Position numbers and translations under genes: made by a program. Of a stretch of DNA of 64,000 nt, positions 1-10,417 are shown piece by piece (the first letter of the stretch is position 1; every line of letters begins with the position of its first letter). The DNA lies in assembly GCA_964188305.1 (NCBI GenBank), contig OZ076885.1; one strand, given 5' to 3'. Below the pieces are notes generated by a model that made no database searches, was not told the origin of the DNA, and was given only the letters and a program-made list of their open reading frames with translations. Source of the DNA: Podarcis bocagei (taxonomy: Eukaryota).

Positions 1-298
1 GTGACATTGCGTCTATCTGTTAGAGGAGATACTATCAAAGTTATGGCAGGGCAACCAGTCAACATTCCAGCAGACGTGACAGGTCTTCCAATGCCAAAGA
101 TTGAATGGTCTAAAGATGATGTTGTTATTGATAAAACATCAGATGCCCTTAAGATCACCAAAAAGGAAACAAGTAGAACAGAGGCGAAAACTGAACTCAG
201 CATGCCTGCAGCAGTTAGGAATGATAAAGGCACTTACACGGTTTCAGCTTCTAATCGTCTTGGCACCGCATACCGCAATGTTCACGTTGAAGTATTTG
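1..298 (+). CDS. TTN: TTN exon ~280 (5' truncated), Ig
   Basis: Ig translation; donor TTTG|gtatgt. Confidence 0.93.
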
Positions 299-383
299 GT
301 ATGTATCTAGCTTCTTGCTTAAAAGGCCAAAGTTTTCTTACTTTATTTCTACCATAACACAATACTAAATTGGTTTTATTTAG

Positions 384-574
384 ATCGTCCTTCTCCACCG
401 AGAAATCTCACCGTATCGGATATTAAAGCTGAATCTTGCTGTTTGACTTGGGATGCCCCACTCGATAATGGTGGCAGTGAGATTACACACTACATTATTG
501 AGAAGCGTGATGCAAGCAAAAAGAAGTCTGACTGGGAGGAAGTATCCAGCACTGTTGTGGATAGACGATTTGGG
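384..574 (+). CDS. TTN: TTN exon ~281, Fn3 N-half
   Basis: tttag|ATCGT (DRPSPPRNL); TTTGGG|gtaatg; 191 nt, phase 1-0. Confidence 0.92.
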
Positions 575-944
575 GTAATGCTTCAATCTTGATTTCATAG
601 GCGAAAGGAATAGTCTTTAAATGAAAAATGACCATTTATAAAATTGTTGAGCTGAATGTTAACACTGTTCATCTTCCAGATTTCCTATTTTTACGTCTGC
701 CTTCCATTTAATGCCAAAATAGGTATTCCTATACTCTGTATTGAATGGTACTTCGCTCCCTTCAGAGTCGGGTTAGTAGCAGTTGGTGCAGATATGCCAA
801 TGATGTATAGAGTTGTTAAGCATCAGAGCAACAAGCAGGTGGTTTTTTCAAGAACTGTTTTAAGATGTCCATATGATGGCATCTAACTTCATGGAAAACA
901 TCCAAAATACACTAAAACCAGTTCTGAGAATTGGTTTTACACAT

Positions 945-1345
945 ATCATAGGATCAAACAGTTGGATGGGTCCTTTTTGAGTTTGAGGGGTCTGCCTAGT
1001 CAAATCCCTTGCTCAGTGCAGAAAAATGAGAACCTGGGCACTCCCAACAGATGGCTGTTTAGATTCTGCTTAAGACCTCCAGTGAAGAAGAACCCAATGT
1101 TCATTGACTCCATTGTCAAACTTTTAAGAGGTTTCTCCTAATGTTCAACTGAAACGTGCCCTCCTTTAGCTTATGAGATCTAGATGTTTATGCCCTCTGT
1201 ATGACATCTCCTCAGGTATTTGTAATATGTTGACATGCCCCCCTTCAGACATCTCCCCACCAAGTTAAACAAACCCAATTACTTCATCCTTTCTTTTTAA
1301 GTCTTGTTTTCCATACCACTGACCACCTTTGTTGCCCTCCTTTGT
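945..1345 (-). mobile_element. Degenerate CR1 LINE 3' fragment
   Basis: Resembles the antisense CR1 3' end and aligns by eye with the copy at 58658 (gttggatggg...ctagtc...aagacctccagtgaagaagaaccca). Confidence 0.7.
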
Positions 1346-1454
1346 GAGGTGACCTTTGGCTATTCTTTGTTTAAAGTCCTGGAAACAACACAGGGAATTG
1401 ATATGAAACTGATTTTAAGAAATAATAATGTATCATGTTTCTTTTACTTTTCAG

Positions 1455-1884
1455 GTCTATAAACTGGCAACAAATGGACAATATCAATTTAGAGTGAGGG
1501 CCGTTAACAGGTTTGGGACAAGTGACGAATGCCTTTCCGAAAAGGTAGTTATTAAGGATCCTTATGGTCTTCCTGGACCCCCTGGAAAACCAAAGGTTAC
1601 AGAACACACCAGGTCATCAATGCTGGTAACATGGACACCTCCACTAGACAATGGTGGAGCTCCAATTACTGGCTATTGGCTGGAAAAGAAAGAAGAAGGA
1701 GGTGTCTACTGGTCACGTGTCAGCAGAGCTCCAGTGACAAAACCAGCAGTGAAAGGACTGGAATACAATGTACTGCGTTTGATTGAAGGTGTGAAATACC
1801 AGTTCCGAGCTATGGCTGTGAATATTGCTGGAATTGGCCCTCCCAGTGAGCCATCAGATCTTTATGAAGCTGCAGATCCAATCT
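1455..1884 (+). CDS. TTN: TTN exon ~282, Fn3 C-half + Fn3
   Basis: ttcag|GTCTAT; AATCT|gtaagt; 430 nt, phase 0-1. Confidence 0.93.
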
Positions 1885-2202
1885 GTAAGTATAAAGACAA
1901 GGAAGCAATAAGTAACACAAAATGCCAACTTTGTAATTTTTGTTCAATTTGTCCTGAACCTGATTTGATAGAGGTTCTGTGATTTCAGTGCAAGAGCTCT
2001 GCATTTGAAGTCAAATATTTAATGAGTTAGGCTTCATTTTATAAGTGCCTATTATCATGATAAATAGCAAATGTTCCTAATTTTGTGCAATGAAATACTG
2101 TATAGTTGATAGACTTTCCATTCACTTCATTGAAGGGGTGTTGTGCAATGGGACAAGGGAGGCATAGTCCTCATGGCAGTACATTTTGCATTTTCTCAAT
2201 AG

Positions 2203-2511
2203 ATCCTCCTGGAGCACCATCATGCCCAGATGTCAAAGACAGAACCAACTCAACTATATCTCTTGCATGGAAACCTCCACAAAAAGATGGTGGCAGTCCT
2301 ATTAAAGGATATATCGTCGAAATGCAAGAAGAAGGTAGTTTAGATTGGAAGAGTGTGAACGAACCGGACAAGCTGTTCCCTACCTGCGATTGTGTTGTAC
2401 CCAATCTGAAAGAGCTCAGAAAGTACAGATTCAGAGTAAAGGCTGTAAATGCTGCAGGGGAATCTGAGCCAAGTCTTTGCACTGCAGAAATACCATGCAA
2501 GGAAGTTCAAG
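2203..2511 (+). CDS. TTN: TTN exon ~283, Fn3
   Basis: aatag|ATCCT; CAAG|gtaagg; 309 nt. Confidence 0.93.
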
Positions 2512-2759
2512 GTAAGGATTGTTGGAAATAATTCTTTCCACTCGAGCGTGTAGACATAGAAAAATCAAAGGATTTGAAAACTGAAATGCAGGAATGGCTG
2601 TCCATTCCTTGAAACGTTAGAGTTTTCAAGAGTAAAGAAAACTTATTGGGGGGTGTTATGGGTACAAGGGAAATCCCAACATCAATCAGATAGCAATAGA
2701 AGCTGGAGCTAGATTATTCTGCATACATTTGAGAAGGAACTCTTCTCAAAGTGTCCTTG

Positions 2760-3005
2760 CCATATGAGTTAAGGCAGATAGTGATCAAAGAGAGATCCTT
2801 CTCAGTGGTGGCACCAATTCATAGAATTCTCACCTCGGAAAGCCCACCTGACACCAACATTGTTATGGATTTGGGGCCAGCAAGGGTTTTGTTTTTGTTT
2901 TTTTACTAGGGTGTTTCATGCATTGTTCTAATTTATTATATTTTGGTGTTATATGTTGTCATGTTTTTGTAAAGCTTTGCTAAAGGGCAGTATACATTTC
3001 AAACA
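2760..3005 (+). mobile_element. Old L2-clade LINE 3' fragment
   Basis: agatccttctcagtggtggcacca resembles the RAFSVVAP motif of the younger L2 at 25303; T-rich 3' UTR follows. Confidence 0.5.
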
Positions 3006-3056
3006 AGTATATATCTTGATATCTTTGTTTATCATCAAGAGAATAATACACAACTG

Positions 3057-3141
3057 AGGCTTCAAGCCTACTCATTTACCCGGAAAAAAGATCCATCCAT
3101 GTCAGCAAGACTTACTACTGAGTCTACTGTACATGCATAAG
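3057..3141. mobile_element. Degenerate short MITE-like element
   Basis: Similar to the insert at 63793-63877 (ttacc.gg.a..aag...cttac..ctgagt...catg). Confidence 0.35.
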
Positions 3142-3216
3142 TTTACCCTATTAGAGAACTTATGTAGATGAATTCTGACTATATTATTTATATGATATAT
3201 TACTTGTATTTTGCAG

Positions 3217-3365
3217 AGGAGCCAGAAATATTTATTGATGTTGGAGCACAAGACCTACTCTCTTGCCGTACTGGTACAACAATCAGAATTCCAGCAGTTA
3301 TTAAGGGACGTCCTGTTCCCAAAGTAACTTGGGAATTTGAAGGAGATGCAAAGAAAGCTGTAAAG
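3217..3365 (+). CDS. TTN: TTN exon ~284, Ig N-part
   Basis: tgcag|AGGAG; GTAAAG|gtcagt; 149 nt. Confidence 0.92.
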
Positions 3366-3451
3366 GTCAGTGACAAAACAAAGGAAACTGTTAAGAACTT
3401 CAAGCTAAAGTAGTTGTGTGTGTGTATTTACTATTTCTTCTTTATTTAAAG

Positions 3452-3481
3452 GATGGACATAACATACCTGAAGATGCTACG
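3452..3481 (+). CDS. TTN: TTN micro-exon ~285 (DGHNIPEDAT)
   Basis: ttaaag|GAT...ACG|gtaaaa; 30 nt, phase 0-0, open; resembles recalled human DGVHDIPEDAQ; missed by the ORF track. Confidence 0.85.
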
Positions 3482-3589
3482 GTAAAAAATAGCTTATATT
3501 TGAATTCGCTTATTTTGCTTCTAATATTTGCATTTTTCAAGTCCTTTTTTAATTATTATTGCTAAGTAAGTTTATTTTGGTTTGTGCAG

Positions 3590-3719
3590 GTGGAATCAAC
3601 TGATACCACATCAGTGATTACTATCCCTACATGTAACAGAGGTCATTCTGGAAAATACAGTATTACAGCAAAGAATAAAGCAGGACAGAAAACTGTAAAT
3701 GTCAGGGTGAATGTCCTAG
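3590..3719 (+). CDS. TTN: TTN exon ~286, Ig C-part
   Basis: tgcag|GTGGAA (VESTDTTSVITIP...SGKYSITAKN); CCTAG|gtaaga; 130 nt. Confidence 0.92.
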
Positions 3720-3834
3720 GTAAGACTAATCAATCTTAATATTGCACCGTTTCGCTAATTTTTGTGATACAAAAGTTCATATACTGTAAAACCCCATATA
3801 ATGATTTTTCCAATCTGTTTTCATGATGAAATAG

Positions 3835-4134
3835 ATGTTCCAGGGCCACCAAAAGACCTGAAAGTAAGTGACATAACAAGATGCAGCTGTAAACTTTCAT
3901 GGAAAATGCCGGACAATGATGGTGGAGACAGAATCAGAAACTATATTATTGAGAAAAGAACTGTTGAAGGAAAAGCCTGGACAAAAGTTAATCCCAACTG
4001 TGCTGGCACATCATTGGTTATTCCTGATCTCATAGCTGGGCAACAATACTTCTTCAGAGTACGTGCAGAAAACCGCTTTGGTGTTGGACCCCCAGCAGAT
4101 ACAATTCAAAGGACCACAGCGAGGGATCCAATCC
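3835..4134 (+). CDS. TTN: TTN exon ~287, Fn3
   Basis: aatag|ATGTT; AATCC|gtaagt; 300 nt. Confidence 0.93.
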
Positions 4135-4539
4135 GTAAGTTAAATCAAAATGGGACATTCATTCATGCATTCATTCAGCCTTTGTTGGCAAAATTTAGAC
4201 AAGAAAATCATAAAAGAGTAAGAAAACCTTCCATAAAACATTGGCAATCCGGACATATTAAACACATAAAACATATGAAAGACTCAGTAGCCACCGTTAA
4301 GAAAATTAAATAGTTTTAAATTTGACTTTTAAAATCTCAACTAAATATCCTGAAACAATCTCAGTGGTTTGGGGAGTATCATTCCTCAGCAGATATTGGA
4401 TTGCAGGTTCTTTGAAAATAAATACTTAAATACTTTAAGGGCGTAGCAAAGTGGGACATTTGTTTTTACTAATGATACTTTATTGTAGGGCAGTACTTAC
4501 ATTTTACTTTGCTCCTTTTTTAAAAAAAACAACACACAG

Positions 4540-4857
4540 ATCCTCCTGACCCACCTATCAAGCTCAAGATTGGTCTTATAACAAAGAACACGGTGAGCTT
4601 GACATGGAAACCTCCAAAGAATGACGGCGGTGCTCCCGTAACACATTATAATGTGGAGTGCCTTCGCTGGGACCGTACTGGTGAAGGGAAGGAAGCCTGG
4701 CGACAGTGCAATAGACGGGATGTGGAAGAAACAAAGTTTACTGTTGAAGACCTTAAAGAAGGTGACGAATATGAATTCAGAGTGAAAGCAGTGAATGAAG
4801 CAGGTCCAAGCAGACCGTCAGCTACTGTTGGGCCAGTCGTCGTCAAAGATCAGACAT
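4540..4857 (+). CDS. TTN: TTN exon ~288, Fn3
   Basis: cacag|ATCCT; GACAT|gtaagt; 318 nt. Confidence 0.93.
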
Positions 4858-5436
4858 GTAAGTGCTGCAAAGCATTAGTAATTATTGCACTTCCAATATC
4901 CGCTCACCTAGGGCTCTGGGGGAGCAGTGTTTTTGTCACACAGTGCGGCCGTGGGCCAGTCCCAGGGGATCTGCCTTCTTCCCACACAGCCAGGCAAAGG
5001 GATGGTCACATGGCAATGCCCTCCTCACATTGGGCTGAATGCTACATTGAACAGGTACCCCGCTAAAGGGGTCCAGGAGGGGTGACTGTCTGAGAGCCCA
5101 CATGATAGGCCAATATGCCTCTTGCAATGATGCCCTGTCGTGGCACCCGGTCCATCTTGGGGGCAACTCCCCAGCACAGGGTCATCCTCCATTGGGTCTC
5201 TTATCAGCCAGCACGTGCGTTGACTGATGATGGATACATGTCCATTGCCATAGCCAAACCTACTCGTATCTGTATTGAAGGAAGTTGTGGCCTAATTCAA
5301 CCCAGTATCAATCTCTTGTGTTCATTTCCACGGTCTGCCCCGCACAGGGCTGCAGACATCATGTGTCTGCAATGCAAAGCATTTTGACTTCTGTATTCAT
5401 AGTGGCTCAATAATTTTTGCTTGCTTTTGTTTGTAG

Positions 5437-5733
5437 GCCCTCCGTCTATTGAACTCAAAGAATTTATGGAGGCAGAAGAAGGGACAGATATCAAGATTGT
5501 AGCCAAAATAAAGGGCGTCCCCTTCCCGACATTGACTTGGGTCAAAGCTCATCCTAAGAAACCTGATGACAAATTGCCAGTGCTATATGACCAACATGTC
5601 AACAAGATTGTGGATGAAAATTCCTGTACTTTGCTGATACAGCAATCTCGCAGAAAAGACACAGGCTTGTACACTATAACTGCTGTCAATAACTTTGGAA
5701 CAGATTCAAAGGAGATGAGGCTGAATGTGCTAG
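5437..5733 (+). CDS. TTN: TTN exon ~289, Ig
   Basis: tgtag|GCCCT; GCTAG|gtaaat; 297 nt. Confidence 0.93.
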
Positions 5734-5974
5734 GTAAATATCAATGTATTTTGGCATTGGCAACCTAATTTACTGTTTGTTATATAATGTTCAAAACATG
5801 TCTCTCCTGTTATCAGTCTCTGCAGCCACAGCAGGCGCCGTAACTCTCCAATAGTTTGGCTTCATCCCTGAAGGCAAACTCTTCCATTTCCTCCCGAGAT
5901 AGCTGGATGCCAACCACAACAATATAACACTCAACTTTGACAACAATTAATGCTTTATAAAATGTATTTTTCAG

Positions 5975-6274
5975 GTCGCCCTGGACCACCAGAAGGACCC
6001 ATTAAATTTGAATCTATTTCCGCCGATCAGATGACAATTTCTTGGCTTCCTCCTAAAGATGATGGTGGATCTAAGATAACTAACTATGTTATTGAAAAAA
6101 GGGAAGCAAACAGAAGGACCTGGGTCCATGTTACCAATGAACCTAAAGAATGCATCTTCACAGTACCCAAACTACTAGAAGGGCATGAATACATCTTCCG
6201 CATCATGGCACAGAATAAATATGGCGTTGGGGAACCTCTTGATAGTGAACCTGAAACTGCCAGAAATCTATTCA
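5975..6274 (+). CDS. TTN: TTN exon ~290, Fn3
   Basis: ttcag|GTCGC; ATTCA|gtaagc; 300 nt. Confidence 0.93.
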
Positions 6275-6978
6275 GTAAGCATACAGTTCTCTAAAATATC
6301 ACCTGCGCTTATATTTATTGGCAAAGCAGAACATAAGTAATCTGATTAGATAGTATGAGAGCCCCAAGTTAAAATTGTTATTTTTTTAATCCTCTGGATG
6401 GCTAAAATGTCTATAATAGTTTTTAAAGGCTTTTCAGAAATAGATCTTTTATGGCTATTTTTTCTGTTTCATCTTAAAACTAGACCTGTTTTAAATGTTA
6501 AATATTGAATCTGTACTTATAACATTTTAGATTGTATTTAGCACAGTATAGACCATATCTTTGCCTTTCTTCACCATAAAATAATAAAACGTTCAATTAT
6601 CAGTGCGATCTTGTGCTCTGCTGGACACAATGAAGCACAGTGCTGTGGCAAAGGAACCCTTCATCAGCTCCGCTATTCCAAGAAATACAAAATGCTGGCA
6701 TTTGGTGCAGAGCAACTGTAAAAAGGGCTTTTCAGGGTGAAGATGCTCAGCCATGGCTCTAGCACAGGATTCTAGGACTTGACAGTTACGTATAACAAAG
6801 AAAAAGGAGGACTTTGTATAGCCCTGCCCTACTTACTTCACAAAGGTTGTCTCTGTAGGGGCTAATGGAAGACTGGGAAAGGAAACTTCAGATGAAGGCT
6901 ATAGCATAAATACCATATATAAGTGGTCTATGTGGCCCCCGGAGCTTTGCTTTACTCTTGGTGTACTTTATTCCCTAG

Positions 6979-7293
6979 CTGTTCCTGGAATTTGTGACAA
7001 ACCAACAGTCAGCAGTGTCACACATGACTCAATGACCGTCAACTGGGAGGAGCCAGAATATGATGGAGGCTCCCCTGTGACGGGTTATTGGCTGGAGCGT
7101 AAAGAGACCACTGGAAAGAGATGGACACGGGTTAACCGTGATCCTATTAAACCTATGACATTGGGAGTTTCTTACAAAGTACCTGGCCTTATTGAAGGTT
7201 CAGATTACCAGTTCCGTGTCTATGCTATTAATGCCGCTGGTGTTGGACCGCCAAGCATGCCGTCTGATCCAATAACTGCAAGAGACCCAATCT
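6979..7293 (+). CDS. TTN: TTN exon ~291, Fn3
   Basis: cctag|CTGTT; AATCT|gtaagt; 315 nt. Confidence 0.93.
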
Positions 7294-7428
7294 GTAAGTA
7301 ATCAAGATCTATTTATTTATTTGGTGTGAAAGGGGGAAATATACTAAAAGATGGTATGGATGGTATATGTTTGAGAAATAATAAATACACAGTCTTGTGA
7401 CAGAATGGTGCAATCATTTTTCCCCCAG

Positions 7429-7577
7429 CTCCACCTGGTCCTCCATTTCCAAAAGTTACTGATTGGACAAAATCTTCCGTTGACCTTGAATGGACTCCTC
7501 CATTAAAAGATGGTGGTTCTAAAGTCACTGGTTACCTTGTTGAATTTAAAGAAGAAGGGAAAGAAGAATGGGAAAAG
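7429..7577 (+). CDS. TTN: TTN exon ~292, Fn3 N-half
   Basis: cccag|CTCCA; GAAAAG|gtaggt; 149 nt, phase 1-0. Confidence 0.92.
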
Positions 7578-7877
7578 GTAGGTGAAATTCTGCCATTGAA
7601 AATTTATTTGAAACATTATGTCGATTCCATAATTGAACATACTGAGGAACATACCGAATCACTGAAAAGGCTACCAACTCATCTGTGTGGCCTAGAAGCA
7701 GCAAAAACCCATTGTTCCCCTTCCTCGTAGGTGGCTTTTAATGGTATCATGAGTGAAAGATAAGGGAGGGAGGTAAGTGATGTGGTGTGGGGAGAGGCAT
7801 GAAGTAAGGAGGTTCAGGAGGAAGGAACGAAAGGACTCAGGTACACAGCTGCAAATAAAACGTTTTGTGTTGTAAAG

Positions 7878-7910
7878 TGCAATATACAAGGGTGACACTA
7901 GATGGTGCCA
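7878..7910 (+). promoter_or_regulatory. Candidate CTCF site (upstream motif + 5-bp spacer + core)
   Basis: TGCAATATA-caagg-GTGACACTAGATGGTGCCA resembles the bipartite CTCF consensus. Confidence 0.5.
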
Positions 7911-8028
7911 GTGAGCTATGCAAAATCCAATGTATTTTTTGAAACGTTTTTTAGAAAAAGCATTTCCACAGCGTCTTTAACATGTGTGTAGATTCCACCA
8001 AAGATGCAAATTTTCTTTTTGTTTTCAG

Positions 8029-8179
8029 GCAAAAGATAAAGAAATAAGAGGGACCAAGTTTGTTTTGGCAGGATTGAAAGAAGGAGGTTTCTACAGATTT
8101 AGAGTCAGAGCAATAAATGCTGCTGGTATTGGAGAGCCTGGAGATGTCACTGAAGTCCTTGAAATAAAGGACAGAATAG
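8029..8179 (+). CDS. TTN: TTN exon ~293, Fn3 C-half
   Basis: ttcag|GCAAAA; AATAG|gtatgt; 151 nt, phase 0-1. Confidence 0.92.
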
Positions 8180-8269
8180 GTATGTCTTAGGATAAAAACA
8201 GCCTCTCTTTGTTCTTGTGTGGGTAAAAGAATAGAAACTAAATATAAAATATATTGTTTGTTTCTACAG

Positions 8270-8551
8270 TTGCTCCTGATCTCATGCTTGATGCTCATGT
8301 GAAGGACAGAATCGTTGTCCATGCTGGTGGAGTGATCCGCATTATAGCTTATGTCTCAGGAAAGCCACCTCCAACAATTACCTGGAACAGGGATGAGAGA
8401 GCTCTCCCAGAGGAGGCTAAAATCGAGGAAACTGCAATTAGTTCCTCTATGGTCATAAAGAACTGCAAGAGAAGCCATCAGGGCTTATACACTCTTCTCG
8501 CTAAAAATGCCGGTGGAGAAAGAAAGAAGACTATTATTGTTGATGTGCTAG
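8270..8551 (+). CDS. TTN: TTN exon ~294, Ig
   Basis: tacag|TTGCT; GCTAG|gtaagc; 282 nt. Confidence 0.93.
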
Positions 8552-8574
8552 GTAAGCACTGAAAGCTGACTTGC

Positions 8575-9065
8575 TGATGGCTAGACTGCTGATGAGGGCA
8601 GGTGGCTGATGGATGAATGGCAGAAAGTCACACTTTTGTTGATGCATTTGCACTGGCTACCCATATGTTACTGGATCAGGATGAAAGTTCATGTACAAAG
8701 CCCTGAACAACTTGAGTCCAAGATACCACAAGAAGTGTCTGCTCCCTTCTGTCCCATTTTGATGACTTAGATCATCTGAAGGAGGGCTGTTAGTTGTTCC
8801 CAATGTCTCAGAACCCTTAGTGTGTCATCAGTCCCATACTGCAGAAAACTCTTCCAACAGAGAATCAGTGGACATCCACCCCGTTAACCTTCAGACGTCT
8901 CTTGGAAGATGTTCTTATGCAGACAGGCCTATTCAGTTGTTTAATTTCCTTTATTTAGACGAGCCAGTCATTCTTGTGATTACTTTGTATTGTTTTATAG
9001 TATTTTCTTTTGTGCACTGCCTTGGTATATTATATGAGTGGGTGGGGTTATAGAAATATATAGAT
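8575..9065 (+). mobile_element. Old L2-clade LINE 3' fragment
   Basis: ttgcactggctacccata = LHWLPI, then aaagccctgaacaacttg and cttagatcatct (KALN, LRSS motifs), T-rich tail. Confidence 0.6.
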
Positions 9066-9173
9066 ATGTTTTTATACATATGTTATTGCATCTATGTTAT
9101 TATTTGGGTTCCAATTACAGAAATGTTAAATGTTCGTCTTAAAACCATTCTACTGTATTTCTTTCCTTCACAG

Positions 9174-9476
9174 ATGTTCCAGGTCCAGTTGGCATTCCAT
9201 TCCTTACTGAGAACCTAACCAACGACTCATGCAAACTTACGTGGTTTTCTCCTGAAGATGATGGTGGCTCAGCTATCACCAACTACGTAATTGAAAAACG
9301 TGAAGCAGACCACAGGGCTTGGACCCCAGTGACATATACGGTCACCAGGCAGAATGCAACAGTTCAGGGGCTGATTGAGGGCAAAGCATACTTCTTCCGT
9401 ATTGCACCTGAGAATATTATTGGCATGGGCCCATTTGTGGAGACGACAAAAGAGATTTTAATCAGAGACCCAATAA
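9174..9476 (+). CDS. TTN: TTN exon ~295, Fn3
   Basis: cacag|ATGTT; AATAA|gtaaga; 303 nt. Confidence 0.93.
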
Positions 9477-9568
9477 GTAAGACTTTACTGTCTTTTTTCC
9501 CCCCAGTACTGATGAGGAGAATTTGCCTTGAAAAAAGTACCTAACACGGTGCATGTGTTTATTTCTAG

Positions 9569-9871
9569 CTGTGCCAGAAAGGCCTGAGGATCTGGAAGTC
9601 AAAGCAGTAACGAAGGATTCTGTTACACTGACCTGGAACCCACCTAAGTACAACGGTGGCTCTGATATAACCATGTATGTTTTGGAAAGCCGCCTTATTG
9701 GGAAAGAGAAATTTACCAGAATTACAAAAGAGAAAATGCTTGACAGAAAATACACAGTTGAAGATTTGAAAGAAGGTGATACTTATGAGTATCGCGTGAG
9801 CGCTTGCAATATTGTGGGACAAGGCAAACCATCATTTGTTACGAAACCCATCACATGCAAAGATGAAATTG
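9569..9871 (+). CDS. TTN: TTN exon ~296, Fn3
   Basis: tctag|CTGTG; AATTG|gtaagt; 303 nt. Confidence 0.93.
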
Positions 9872-9976
9872 GTAAGTTTCCATTCTGGAGCAAACCAACC
9901 AACCAAATGTGCATTGGGTGATCTGTGAGTTTTTATAGATATCACTGATTCTTCTTTTCTTTAACAATACTTCTAG

Positions 9977-10258
9977 CTCCTCCACAACTTGAACTTGATA
10001 TCCGAGAGAAGCTCACTGTCCGTGTAGGAGAAGCTTTCAGTCTGACTGGCCGTTACTCAGGCAAACCAGCACCAAAGATTACCTGGCTCAAAGATGAAAT
10101 TTCTGTGAAGGAAGACAAACGGACAAAGATCCAGACTACGCCAGTTACTCTTTGTTTGGGGATATTGAAATCTGTCCGTGAAGATTCAGGCAAATATTGT
10201 GTCATTGTAGAAAACAGTTCGGGAACAAGAAAAGGTTTCTGTCAAGTTACTGTAGTTG
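9977..10258 (+). CDS. TTN: TTN exon ~297, Ig
   Basis: tctag|CTCCT; AGTTG|gtaagt; 282 nt. Confidence 0.93.
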
Positions 10259-10417
10259 GTAAGTATTGCTATAGTGCTAAAATAATTTATTTCCACATGT
10301 GGTATGAATTAGAGCTGATCAAATGAGGGTGGGATGGCATATCACATGATAACATTTAACCTAATGCACATTGTGAAGAACTTTTCTGATAAATATATTT
10401 CTTTTACTTTTAAACAG

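Noticed and set aside
5224-5400. Possible C/D snoRNA (TGATGA at 5225-5230)
   Set aside because: No downstream CTGA D box with a terminal stem before the acceptor
5815-5925. Possible retroelement 3' end (…ggatgccaaccacaacaa)
   Set aside because: Too short and degenerate to assign without a repeat-library search
6400-6465. MEF2-like A/T motifs (ctataatag, gctattttttc)
   Set aside because: They do not match the 10-bp YTA(W)4TAR consensus and are expected by chance in AT-rich DNA.
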